Shown: positions 1-14,569, counted from the first letter of the whole stretch. The stretch is DNA of 63,857 nt, filler included, from Octopus bimaculoides (GCF_001194135.2; 7 parts of 7 records of this genome joined end to end with filler, not necessarily neighbours in it), one strand, 5' to 3'. Translations and numbers: made by a program. Notes: generated from the letters alone by a model not told the origin.

Positions 1-93
<93 letters not shown>
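1..93. repeat. (AAT)n microsatellite
   Basis: Pure ATA/AAT array at the window start. Confidence 0.98.
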
Positions 94-547
94 CAATACA
101 GTGTCTCCCATGGGTTCTGATCTTAACTGACGGGCTGCAGAAAATATTCTGATTAATGCCACAGATTTGCTTGTCAGTTGCTTCACCTTAACCAGTTGAG
201 CATGTCCCTTAGTGGTTGACAAGCATCAAAGCCATGTGTTGAGAGGAATTCTTAGGAGTTTGAATAATTCACCTCTGGAAACATGGGTATTTCGTTCTTC
301 ATCATTAAACAAACCTTATTCAGGGACATTTTGAGCGGGATGGGCTGCTCGACCTGAAGAAAATTCTAACTGGGCCACACCTGCAAGGTCATGCGCTGTT
401 TAACGTGATATGAGATCACTATTTCGTGCACACATGGTTGTGATGTATGTGCCTTGTGTACATCAGACGAGTAATCATAATGGGTATATTGGGCTTCTGA
501 TAACTGTATTCCAGTGTCATTTTGATGTCACGCGCTACTCTCTCACT
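94..547 (+). mobile_element. Non-coding repeat embedded in (AAT)n, probably a LINE 3' UTR or non-autonomous derivative
   Basis: Flanked by AAT repeats on both sides. It ends ...ttttgatgtcacgcgctactctctcactc-(aat)n, and a near-identical end (actttgatggcatgcactgctctctcactt-(aat)n) terminates the LINE fragment at about 4790-4819. Confidence 0.6.
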
Positions 548-564
548 CAATAATAATAATGATA

Positions 565-1495
565 AGATGTAATTGCACAGGTATCAAAACTGACAAAGTG
601 GAAAGTGGCAAGACCAGACGGATCCAAGGCCACTGGATTAGAATCTGACAGGGTACTAACTACGAAATGAAAACGAAAATTGAGGAGTACATCAGAAGGG
701 TGACGAAGCTAATGAGCCAAAGCTAAATGGTCCGAATTTAGTAAAGGCTGTAAATATTTGAGCAGTATCATTGCTTAGATATTCAGCAGTTTTTGTACAT
801 TGGATTAAAACTGAATTAGCAAAGCTAGACAGAAGAACTAGGAAAGAGTTCAATATGAATGGAGGACTCCACCAAAGAGCAGAAGCAGCAAGATTATACT
901 TACTTATAAATTAAGGCGGAAGAGGTTTAATATCAGTAGAGGACTGCGTGGAGTTAGCTAGAATAGATGTAGACTCCTATGTAGGTAATAGTGAAGAAAG
1001 TTTACTAAAAGCTGCTACAGTCAAAGCAAGACAGAGAGAAACCAAAACACAGACGAAGATAAAAACCAGAATAAAAACAGAAGTTATCCGACTGGCAGAA
1101 GAAGATGTTACATAGTAGATCTCCAAAGACAGTTGCAACAAATAGTAGTAGTGAGACATGGTTACGGTTGCAGAAACAAAAGCTGAAAAGGGAGGCAGAA
1201 AGTTTGTTGATAGCAGCACAAGATCATGCATTATGGACTAATTGGATAAAAGCCAAGATAGACAAAAACCAAGTAGATTTCCAATGCAGATTACGCAAAT
1301 CAAATGAGGAAAGCGTTAATTATATAGTAAGTGAATGTAGCATGCTCGCCCAGAATGAATACAAGAAATGGACATGACAATCTAAGGAGAGCAATCCACT
1401 TGGAGCTATGTTGAAAGATAGGATTTGAACATACCGATAAATGGTACGAAGATGAACCTAATAAAGTACTAGAAAGTAAAAAATACAAGATGTAG
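565..1495 (+). mobile_element. R4/Dong-like (REL-endonuclease) non-LTR retrotransposon fragment 1, pseudogenised RT-thumb to zinc-knuckle region
   Basis: Broken frames read KLNGPNLVKAVN...LDRRTRK...GLHPRA...RLYL...GGRGLISVEDCV, then LKREAESLLIAAQDHAL and a degenerate knuckle CRLRKSNEESVNYIVSEC. Stops and frameshifts present. Confidence 0.85.
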
Positions 1496-1589
1496 GACTT
1501 AAACAGTCAGAATGAAACTGACAAATACAAAAGGAAGTCAGAGTACCTAACAACTACGAAGAAAAAGAAGAAACAACGAAAGCTGTAAA

Positions 1590-2406
1590 ACAACTGAAAT
1601 CTTAACTAAAACTGGAACAGCACTGGATCATGGTAAGACGATAGCAAGAAATGCCCCTTCATGGCAAATACCGGGTTAAACGAAAGAGAAAAGAAATAGA
1701 CAAAGCAAAATCCCAACAATGGCTGAGAAGCTCACGACTCCAAGCAGAGACTGAAGGATTTTTGATAGCAGCACAAGATCAAAGTCTTCCCACCAGTAAC
1801 TGCAGCATATGTGGAGATAGAGAAGGAACAATAATTCATATTGTCTCTGGCTGCTCAGTCCTGGCTATAAAGGAATATATTCACAGACACGACAGAGTTG
1901 GGACCTATATACACTAAACTATGCCAACACTATGGAATAACTGGAACAAGATGGTATAGGCACACGCTAGAAAAGGTCACAGTAATGAGAAAGCAATCAT
2001 ACTCTGGGATATAGTTATCAGGGATCACCATGCAAAAAATGGTTTCTAATCGATATATCACCACTAACAGATGACAATATTTCTCTAAAATAAACAAACT
2101 TTTAAAATACAAAGATCAGGAAATAAGGTAACTGGAATGTAGAGTCTCAAAACAACCAATTCCTATCATAGTAGGCGTATTAGGTATGATAAAAAATATT
2201 CAGACAAATACATAACGAAAACATCAGGACTAACAAGTATATATAACATATAGAAAATAGCACTACTAGGCACCGCACACATCTTACTTAAAACACTCTC
2301 AATACAGTAAAAATAAGAGCATCACAACAAATCACAGCACATATCCAAGGCAAACAGCTGCGTTCAGTAGTGCTGTGAAATCACGTGATAAAAATAAGAC
2401 TACTGA
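1590..2406 (+). mobile_element. R4/Dong-like LINE fragment 2: 3' end with CCHC knuckle, REL endonuclease remnant and 3' UTR
   Basis: PLHGKY...WLRSSRLQAETEGFLIAAQDQSL, an intact CX2CX7HX4C (CSICGDREGTIIHIVSGC), HRHDRVG, then a KYKD...IPIIVGVLGMIKK-type C-terminus. The 3' UTR runs directly into (AAT)n at 2407. Confidence 0.88.
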
Positions 2407-2435
2407 ATAATAATAATAATAATAANNNNNNNNNN

Positions 2436-2518
<83 letters not shown>

Positions 2519-2540
2519 TAACAACAATAATGATAATAAA
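2407..2540. repeat. (AAT)n microsatellite separating LINE fragments
   Basis: AAT array with a 9-N gap. Confidence 0.95.
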
Positions 2541-5025
<2,485 letters not shown>

Positions 5026-5878
5026 TGTTTCTAATATAGACGCATGGCAATAGATTTTGAGGGGTGGTGTAAGTTGATGTCATCGGCATCAGTACTTTTA
5101 ATACTTTATTTCTCAATCCCAGAAGGATGACAGATAAATTTGACCTCAGCATGTTTGAAACGCAAAAACAAGGAAAAAGTAAAGAGTAGGAACAAAATAA
5201 TAATAATTCTTTAATAGTTATTTTATTTTGCGCAGGGATGTAACAAAAACAGATTTGCAAATTTTGTGGCTTAAGGCAGAGATAGAATGAGTAAAAAAGA
5301 TGCTATAATATTCATGGGTTAGAAATAACTGACAGTGGTAGAGTCCCACATGATACTGTGAGGTGGGGGATGACGAGAATGCACCATATGTTTTTAAATT
5401 CCACTTGGATTTGTGCACAAGTGATTGGACTGTTTGCAACTTTGATAAGAAGTAGGAAATGCCAAATAATATTTTAGGATGAATATTCAATGATACAGAA
5501 AATTAAAACTTTAAAGGCCTTATGTGGGACTTTAGGAAGGAATAGTAGCGATATTGTCACACCCTCAAAGAAACAAAAAAGGTAAGGAAATTGTGTATGA
5601 CTAAAATCGTCATGGCGTTCAAATAGTCTATAAACAACACTCCCATTATCGGAGGGACATCATCTATCTGATCAGTTTGCTACAATATTGTAGAGAGAAG
5701 TTATCCTTCCGGTAGTGTTGGTGTCATAGATATGGCTTCTATGAAAACAGTGCCAAAGACAGTTGACCTATTAGTGTCGAAGAGATTTCTCAAACTGTAA
5801 CATCGTTAAGTAATCCACATATGGTTGTGTGGAAAAATGTTTGGGCACGTGTAACAGTTCCATTATTTAGATGTGTGT

Positions 5879-6090
5879 GAGGTGGCGAGCTAGCAGAATC
5901 GTTAAACACACCGGCAAAATGCTAAGCATTTCGTCCGTCTTTATGTTATGAGTTCAAATTCCACCGAGGTCGACTTTACCTGTCATCCTTCCGGAATCGA
6001 TAAAATAAGTAGCAGTCGAGCACTGAGGTCAATGTAATCGACTTAGCCTCTGCCCAAAATTGCTGGCCTTCTAAGAAATTTGAAACAATA
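5879..6090 (+). mobile_element. tRNA-derived SINE, family B
   Basis: aggtggcgagctagcagaatcgtta...gagttcaaattccaccgaggtcgacttt, with A/B-box-like head. Homologous copies at 23331, 27881, 52040 (minus) and 59505 (minus). Confidence 0.8.
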
Positions 6091-6530
6091 TTTAGATGTG
6101 TAGTTTTTCTATAAATACTCCAAATTCAACACTTTATAAAAATGATTTAATGTTGATTCGTCATTTCTCTCTCAATACTCCTTTTTCTATATATTTATAT
6201 ATTGTTGAAGTTATTTTAAGAATTAAAGAATAACAGGAATAAAGATCCAGCAAACTTATTTTCATTTCCTTCAATCTATATCCTTTATTTACTCTAATTA
6301 AGAATTTGTCATAGACATACATAAATTTTAAAATATATTGTTAATAATTAGTGTGTGTCTGTAGCACAGTGTACTAGCCACTTGACTGCTATATAAGAAT
6401 TTCGTTTCTTTCATCTTTCATGAACGACAGCATTTCAAGAGAGAGAGCCCCTTGTGTTCTCTTCAACCGAATAGACATTCATACATTCATTAAAAACAAT
6501 TTATAGCAACTTTGCAGCTTGGGTTATGCC

Positions 6531-6534
<4 letters not shown>

Positions 6535-6604
<70 letters not shown>
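6535..6604. repeat. (TG)n microsatellite, representative of many TG/CA, TA, TATG and TAGA arrays in the window
   Basis: Pure dinucleotide array. Confidence 0.98.
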
Positions 6605-6608
<4 letters not shown>

Positions 6609-6867
6609 CATGCACACACAAAACAGGCTCCTCCACGTTCAGCGAAAATATTTGCCTCTTAATCCAATCATTCAAACACACACACAAATACTGTATGTAA
6701 GTGCGTGTGTGAGTGTGCGTGACATGTGTAAACACTCTATCATTTACCTGCATAGTTACGAACAAGTGCGAAAACAAACATATTCTCAAAAGACAATAAC
6801 ACACAATAACCATATCGCATAATGTCAAAGTTACAAATGAGCCTCTGTGAATGTCATTTATACATAC

Positions 6868-6898
<31 letters not shown>

Positions 6899-6913
6899 TC
6901 TATACGTATATAT

Positions 6914-7013
6914 NNNNNNNNNNNNNNNNNNNNNNNNNNNNNNNNNNNNNNNNNNNNTTAATTAATTAANNNNNNNNNNNNNNNNNNNNNNNNNNNNNNN
7001 NNNNNNNNNNNNN
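6914..7013. other. Assembly gap spacer: 44 N + TTAATTAATTAA + 44 N (also at 35415, 50978, 53162, 60280, 62549)
   Basis: The same palindromic 12-mer, with stops in all six frames, sits inside N runs six times. Counted as 44+12+44 = 100 bp at 6914 and 35371. Confidence 0.95.
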
Positions 7014-7084
7014 AACCCGGAACCATGTAGTTCGTAAGCATGCTACTTACCACTCAACCACTCTTATATATATATAAATATATT

Positions 7085-7437
7085 CTTTTAATCTTTTGCT
7101 TCAGTCATTTAACTGTAGCCATGCTGGAGTACCGCCTTTAGTCGAACAAATTGACCTCAGAACTTATTCTTTGTAAGCCTAGTACTTATTCTATCGGTGT
7201 CTTTTGTCGAACCGCTAAGTTACGGGGACGTAAACACATCGGTTGTCAAGCGATAGTGGGATGAAAAGCACAGACACACACAAATATATACATATATATG
7301 CAACAGGTTTCTTTCAGTTCCCGTCAACCAAATCCACTTACAAGGCTTTGGTCGCCCCGTGGCTAAGGTGCCACGCAGTGGGACTGAACCCAGAGCCATG
7401 TGATTGAGAAGCAAGCTTCTTACCACACAGCCACGTA
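7085..7437 (-). mobile_element. tRNA-derived SINE, family A
   Basis: Minus strand has a tggctgtgtggtaag A-box and ggttcagtccc B-box, an internal (TA/TG) tract and a cagtcaaatgactgaa-type tail. Many copies in the window. Confidence 0.9.
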
Positions 7438-7445
7438 TGTATATA

Positions 7446-7476
<31 letters not shown>

Positions 7477-7479
7477 ATG

Positions 7480-7510
<31 letters not shown>

Positions 7511-7607
7511 TAGTAAATAATATATATATGCATATATGGGTACAGGACATCACCAACTATGCAAATAACATGAAATACGTAAACAAACGAGTTAAATACG
7601 TAAACGA

Positions 7608-8448
7608 GAAAAAAATGGAAAACAGGACAAGTAAACACAGAGAAAGGACTCTTCATCACTTGTCGGCTGTCTATCTACTCCTCATTTCGAGCATTCAGCG
7701 ACAATATGAGTCTTCAAACACAGCTGCTCTCATAAATTCTAAAATAATATTTAGGATTTATAGATGATCAAAGTTGGGACCAAAAACATGATTGTGGAGA
7801 CATACAAGGAAACCAAACGAAAACAAACATGGAGGGTCGTTAGACCAGAATGAGAGGAAAATAGTGAACGCTGTGAGAAACCTTTTTTGAGAGGAGAAAA
7901 AATTGAAGAGAGAGAGAGAAGAAACACATTCACCCTTTTGAACATCTGTGCAGGAAAAGAAAGATGGACGATGGTCACGTGTGAGCAACGAGAGAGAGAG
8001 AGAGAGAGAGAAAAAGAGAAAGAGGGAGAGAGAGTGACAGATAGAAAACGGTGAAGGAGGGAGTGGGAGAAAAAAGGAATTAGAGAAGGATGGAGGAAGA
8101 AAACAGTATAGAGTAGGCAGTCGCATCAAAAAGGTGAAGATAAACTTACTTGGAAATCTTTTCGCTTTTCAAAAAAATATTTCTCACAGCGTTAACGATT
8201 TTCTTCTCGTTCTGGTCTAACGACCCTCCATGTTTGTTTTCGTTCAGTCTCCTTTTATGTCTCCACTGTCATGTTTTTGTTCCCAACTTTGACCTTCGAT
8301 CAATCCTAAATTTTATTTTATGGGAGCAACTGTATTTGAAGACACATGTTGTCGTTGAATGCTCGAAATGAAAGGTAGACAGACAGCCGACAACTGATGA
8401 AGGGTCCTTTCTCAGCATTTACTTGTCCTGTTTTCCATTTTTTTTTCC
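7608..8448. repeat. Long inverted repeat, arms of about 270 bp (7608-7881 / 8180-8448) around a purine-rich spacer; Penelope-like terminal sequence
   Basis: For example catggagggtcgttagaccaga (left) versus tctggtctaacgaccctccatg (right), and tgtcggctgtctatctac versus gtagacagacagccgaca. Confidence 0.85.
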
Positions 8449-9016
8449 AGAGAAAAGGGGTTCAGCAAAATGATCAAACTTCAAATTTTTCGTAAAAATG
8501 TTGTTTTGCAGAATGTTGTTCCTTCAAAAGTTAGAAACTACAATCGAAAAAATAAAATAAATTTAATGGGCATTTTGTTACACTTATCTCATTACCAAAC
8601 AAATTTTATTCTTAAAGGCAGGGAGTGGGGATCACCACTTCAATCCCCTTTTATTAACAAATGAAAATTAACTATATCATTCCTTTTAGAAGCACAAGTA
8701 GAAGCATTTAATGTGGATTAAGGACTGAAGTAGACGTATAATGGAATGGAGGAGAGGGGAGAAACATGAAACAAAGATAGGTCCAGGAAGAAAGATAATG
8801 AGCTATTCGAAGGGGAAAGATGGAACGAGGTGAATGGTGGAAAGAAGAAGAGAAAAGGAAAAGAAGGAGGAAGAAGAGAAAAAGGAAAAGAAAGAGAGAG
8901 AGAAGCATGAAAGAGAGATTGTTCTGGGAAGGAGGATGATGACCCAAAGGAAGAGAAAGGATTAAAAAATGGGATGGAGGAGAGAAAAGGAAAAGAAAGA
9001 AGAGTATATTATTAAA

Positions 9017-9227
9017 ACTCTTTTACTCTTTTACTTGTTTCAGTCATTTGACTGCGGCCATGCTGGAGCACTGCCTTTAGTCGAGCAAATCGACCCCGGG
9101 ACTTATTCTTTGGAAGCCTAGTACTTATTCTATCGGCCCCTTTTACCGAACCGCTAAGTGACGGGGGACATAAACACACCAGCATCGGTTGTCAAGCAAT
9201 GCTAGGGGGACAAACACAGACGCACAA

Positions 9228-9264
<37 letters not shown>

Positions 9265-9347
9265 CATATATACGACGGGCTTCTTTCAGTTTCCGTCTAC
9301 CAAATCCACTCACAAGGCTTTGGTCGGTCCGAGGCTATGGTAGAAGC
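9017..9347 (-). mobile_element. SINE family A running into a gap; its head reappears at 9730-9870
   Basis: Close to the family consensus seen in other copies, e.g. cagtcatttgactgcggccatgctggagcac. Confidence 0.92.
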
Positions 9348-10591
9348 NNNNNNNNNNNNNNNNNNNNNNNNNNNNNNNNNNNNNNNNNNNNNNNNNNNNN
9401 NNNNNNNNNNNNNNNNNNNNNNNNNNNNNNNNNNNNNNNNNNNNNNNNNNNNNNNNNNNNNNNNNNNNNNNNNNNNNNNNNNNNNNNNNNNNNNNNNNNN
9501 NNNNNNNNNNNNNNNNNNNNNNNNNNNNNNNNNNNNNNNNNNNNNNNNNNNNNNNNNNNNNNNNNNNNNNNNNNNNNNNNNNNNNNNNNNNNNNNNNNNN
9601 NNNNNNNNNNNNNNNNNNTTTTTTTTTTAATTTAAGGTTTGAATGAACATTTTGTTGAACCCTTTTTCTGTAAAACAGGAAATTTTTTCATAAAAATACA
9701 CACACACACACATATATACATATATATATATACGACGGGCTTCTTTCAGTTTCCGTCTACCAAATCCACTCACAAGGCTTTGGTCGGTCCGAGGCTATGG
9801 TAGAAGCCACAGAACCCAGAACCATATGGTTGGGAACAAGCTTCTTTCTTACCATACAGCCACGCTCGCGCCTGAACGTATGTTTATATAAATACACACA
9901 CACACATACACACACACACACACATACATACACACACACGTACACACATTTCACACCTACCCCTAAACGTTTGTGTATGTGAACCAGTTTTCCGATAATG
10001 CCGCCTTCGTGTGAAGTCACGTATCTGTAAAGATGTGTATGAATATCTTTGTCTTTTACAGTTAAAATAATAAGTCGAAACGTAGAGCTTGTGTATTGCA
10101 GTGTTGAAAATAACCACTAATAAGAGTATAGAAGGGGAAAATACCGGGCGAAGCAAAAATGCAACAGATGCCGTCTCTCCTCTCTAACCCTGCCACTCTA
10201 TATAACAGTATCTATGTGAAATGGAGTTGGTCACCATCACAAACTACTTGTAATAAAAGTATCGGCTGGCTGTTTCTTTCTGTTTGTAGAGAGAGAGTGT
10301 CAGTTTTTTATGACAGCAAACTAAAAGCATCACCCACCACTTTTCCCGGAGTCCACTTTACTAACACCCTAACATTCCCTGTTATCTTACTATCAATGAA
10401 GAGCGTGCTTAAGTAAAGTAAAGTTTACTGTAGATGGTTTAACTTTGGGAGTTTCTTCTTATCTCTGGCGTTTATTTATCATTCTGGTTTCGTTAGTACT
10501 AAATTACTGTCGAGATATTGGCATTTGTCGCGTGGCTCGCACGTAGCACAAACTGATGTGGCAGACGACTCAGCTACTGTAGTAACTGGAA

Positions 10592-11001
10592 TTTCTTCGG
10601 ATTCCTGTTTTCGATACAGATTACGCCAAAAATTACATTTTCAAAATTTTTATTTCTCACCCTCAATTCTTTAATTGTTAACCTTTTTTNNNNNNNNNNN
10701 NNNNNNNNNNNNNNNNNNNNNNNNNNNNNNNNNNNNNNNNNNNNNNNNNNNNNNNNNNNNNNNNNNNNNNNNNNNNNNNNNNNNNNNNNNNNNNNNNNNN
10801 NNNNNNNNNNNNNNNNNNNNNNNNNNNNNNNNNNNNNNNNNNNNNNNNNNNNNNNNNNNNNNNNNNNNNNNNNNNNNNNNNNNNNNNNNNNNNNNNNNNN
10901 NNNNNNNNNNNNNNNNNNNNNNNNNNNNNNNNNNNNNNNNNNNNNNNNNNNNNNNNNNNNAAATCGTAATCTCCTATATCGAAAACAGGAATCCGAAGAA
11001 A
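10592..11001. mobile_element. Putative MITE or foldback element with about 35-bp TIRs; interior mostly gap
   Basis: tttcttcggattcctgttttcgata (10592) is the exact reverse complement of tatcgaaaacaggaatccgaagaaa (ending 11001). Confidence 0.6.
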
Positions 11002-11161
11002 CGCTTTACCTCCGCCCACTCTACAACCCTGCTTCTACTAATTAGAATTACTGTTTTATTGAGACTGTTTATACACTTCTCATTTTCCATGAATTTTGCA
11101 ACTAAAGATACATTACTGCTTTTAAAGGAAGGCTCAGTGAGTGTGTCGGTGTGTGTGTGTA

Positions 11162-11227
<66 letters not shown>

Positions 11228-11504
11228 ATCTTTTCATTTTGGCTGCCAATGGATCTATTTGGTTTGGTTGCCAGCATTTCAAAAATTAAAATTTATCGAA
11301 CATTTTTAAACTTGGCACATATTAATGCTGAATTGCTGGAGTTATTACACTTTTACCAGAAAAAGGTTTTTTTAAATGTTATAGAGGTCTAAAGTTTGTT
11401 CATTTTTCACTCAGTCGAGAAACAGGATTTGGAAGCTGTCATTTTGTGTGTGACAGCACATTTTGTCAACATCCTGAAAATAGCATGTGTTGTCAAGAAA
11501 GAGT

Positions 11505-11783
11505 AAACAACATATCGTTTCAGTTCTTTATTTAAGAGATGAGGAATTATGTACATTCTTTACAATTGACGGATATTTGTCCTCATCTTTGTTGTTAACA
11601 CAACGTTTCCGTTGATATACCCTCCAGCCTTCATCAGGTGTCTTGGGGAAACTTCGAACCTGGGTTCTCATTCCTAAGATATTTTTCGATATTATTAGTA
11701 TTATTATTCAGGTCACTGCCTAGAATCGAACTCAGAATCTTGGGGTTAGTGGCCGCGCGCTCTTAACCACTACGCCATATGCA
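11505..11783 (-). mobile_element. tRNA-headed SINE with Penelope-like tail, nested in the TIR element
   Basis: Minus strand: A-box TGGCGTAGTGG and B-box-like GAGTTCGATTCT, a short (aat) linker, then a tail containing cacCTGATGAaggc...GAAACGTTgtgtt. Confidence 0.8.
11597..11642 (-). ncRNA. Minimal type I hammerhead-ribozyme-like motif, probably degenerate
   Basis: gacac-CUGAUGA-a-ggcug[loop]caacg-GAA-ACGU-U-guguu: core boxes, 5-bp stem I and palindromic ACGU stem III present; stem II has two mismatches. Confidence 0.5.
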
Positions 11784-13838
11784 TTGTGATATTACGAACT
11801 TAAAAAATTAGAAATAATGAATTTCTAAATCTCTCAGAGAGACTTAAGCAGTAGTGATGCGTTAAAGTAGTTGTGTACTGCCAACTTAACGTGACAGTCC
11901 CAAGGAACTGTCACGTTAAGTTGGCAGTACACAAGAACTTTAAAAAGATTTATCTAAAAACAAACTAGCACATTACAAATTAAATATTTAAAAAAGAAAC
12001 AAGCATTTTCTTGACCAGTTCATAAATTCATATGCTCAATTGCTAACAGATTGGTAAAACAAGTGGTTTCAATATATTTGTCAACACGTGCTTTCTCGCA
12101 GACAAAAAAGTTCTCACGTTCCACTTGTTACTATGGAAACAGGCACGAATGTGTCTGTGGCTTACGATTAGCTAAAATTATCCAAAATTGTCAAACTTTA
12201 ATCGCAAATAACTCTTTATTTATTGATTTATTGCAAAAATGATTTTCACGTCATTCATTAACCTATAAAAGTGAATCATTACACTGAATATGAAATTAAT
12301 TCGAACAGAATAGAATCCTGCCAATTTTTTAAAATTCAGTTTATTGAAAATTTCAAAGTTTGGTACATTTATGTTAGTTTTCCAAGCTGAATTTCACTTT
12401 TTCCAGAAACATTTAAAAAAAAGTTATAGAGGTTTAGAGTTTGATAATTTTCACCCAGTCAGAAAACAAGATTTGGAAGTTGTCATTTTGTACGTGAGGG
12501 GTTTTAATATGAAGCTATACATAAATCAACTTCTCCTTTATGCACGACATATGACCCTTCGTAACATTTTTTATCTTTTGGTAGAAATTCATACGATTAT
12601 GCAAAAACCCACAAAAAAAAATGGTAGCTGCCTGATTTAAGGCTTATTTGGCTGTTACTTTTAGCACATCTCTCGACCAGGGTACAAGCAGTAGATGGGC
12701 ACAAGCAGCAGAACACAGCATCGACGCACATGCTTTCGCGTAGAATATATTTGTCAACACTTGCTATCTCGTCGACAAAAGAGTTCTTATGATTGGCTTG
12801 TTACTATGGAAACAGGCATGAATGTGTCTGTGGATTACGATTGGCGAAACTTTAAAAGCCAATAACTCTTTATTCATTGATTTATTGCGAAAATGAATTT
12901 CAAAGCAGCGATTAACATATAAAACTATATCATTACATCGAATATGAAATCAATTCGAGCAAGAATTGAAGAGATTGAAAATTGGCAGCCAAACTGAAAA
13001 TATTTGTGGTGGTGATGAAGTTTTGCATTGCTCCCGAATCATAACATTACTTGAGCAAGTCTAACATAGCTTCGGACCATGAAAGAAAAATTACACAAAA
13101 GCTGCAAGATCTCCATTTTTTCCTTTTTCCATCGTTTTACAGTATTTGATCTTTTTTTTAAACTCGATTATAATTTTCTCTTTTTTTTTAATTCCTACTC
13201 TCCTCTTTCTAGAGCGTTGTTTTATTTTTGTTAATTTTCTCTCTCTCCCTTTCTGTCTGTCTGTCTGACTTTCTATTTCTCCCTCTCTTTCTCTCTCTCT
13301 CACCATATAAGAGCATATACACTATGGGACAGTACTGCTGCAGCACACATGAGTATTCTAAGCCGCACCTTAAAGGAGAACATTCGACTGACAAGCAAAG
13401 ACTCACGTACCAACTGTCTTCTTTAACCGACAAACACTTTACCCCCATCTTTTCTGACTACCCTCTGACTAATATAATAGCATCTACTCTTTTGAGAGAG
13501 TTATTTGCAAAACCTCGTTCAACCAGTCACACTGAAAACGTCCTTGCAATATTTCCTATTTCACTCTGCATTAACCACTTCGCCTATCCTATCTCACAAA
13601 AGCATAAATCCTCAAGAATATCCTTCCTCCTCACCATATTTTTTTGTAGACATCCACTTAGGATAAATCTCAACATAAAAGTATTTATCTCACTGAAATC
13701 AGGTACCTACAAAAATCATAAACGTTGGCCTATTTCTGATTCAACTATTATAAATATAAAGAGTGGCTTGAGGGTTTTTTACATATATCGGACAGGGTTA
13801 TATCAAACATACAAACATTTTAGATATCTTCCAAAAAC

Positions 13839-14188
13839 GTAAGCCTAACCGTAAGCCTAACCTTAAACCTAACCATAAACCTAACCTAATCCCAAACACT
13901 TACCCTAACCCTAACCCTACTCTAACCTTAGCCCAAACCGTAACTCTAGTCCTAACTCTGACTCTAATCTTAAGCCTAACCCTAATCCTAACCCCAACCA
14001 TACTGCTAATGCTAACTCTAACGCTAACATTAACTCTAACTCTAACCGTGACCTTAACCGTAACCCTTAACCTAACTCTAATCTCAACCTAAACCTTACC
14101 CCTATCGCTAAACCTAACCTTAACCCTACCTGTAACTCTAACCCTAACCCTAACCTGTACCCTAAGCCATACCCTTACCATTACCCTT
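13839..14188 (-). repeat. Degenerate interstitial telomere-like (TTAGGG)n array
   Basis: Plus strand shows ccctaaccctaaccct with variants (cctaacct, ctctaacc, ccttaacc) over about 350 bp. Confidence 0.85.
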
Positions 14189-14569
14189 ATTTTGTCTGTA
14201 TTATTACTCAGACAACTCACGTTGGATTTCCACTTGAATTTATTTGTATTCAAGAGAAAGAAAATATCTCAATAATGTCTTCCATGTGTTCTACCCACCT
14301 CACAGACTTAGCAAATATATTCTTATGTTTAGGTGAATCAAGTTTTATGTTAAGTACCCCAACTGGACCACACTATAAACAAACAACGATGATTTTGACA
14401 TATGAGTGGCACTAGTATTTCATAAACGTGTACGCAGATACGTAAGATAGAAATATATACCGTTGATATGTTAATATAATGACATGCATCTCTTGGAGAA
14501 GAAACACAGTATAAAGTTAAAGTCCTGGTCAAAAATTTTCAGTTATGTCGCTAATAATACTAGGTTAGA

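Larger units (their letters stand above)
11226..13005. mobile_element. Non-autonomous TIR DNA transposon (GGATC-terminated family), tandem L-R-L-R structure, next to (TAG)n
   Basis: Left end ggatcttttcattttggctgccaat versus right-end reverse complement aaatattttcagtttggctgccaat (21/25). Left-arm copies at about 11290 and 12325, right-arm copies at about 12060 and 12745. Confidence 0.7.

Noticed and set aside
6958-6969. Recurrent palindrome TTAATTAATTAA (six occurrences)
   Set aside because: Always centred in N runs and has stops in all six frames: an assembly spacer, not biology.
9250-9807. Identical SINE segment on both sides of a gap (also 43005-43071, 54222-54340, 51665-52322)
   Set aside because: Exact duplications flanking N gaps are most simply unmerged contig overlaps.
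13228-13842. 204-aa ORF
   Set aside because: Starts at a TTG upstream of a CT microsatellite, has no recognisable motif, and is compatible with chance in T/C-rich DNA.
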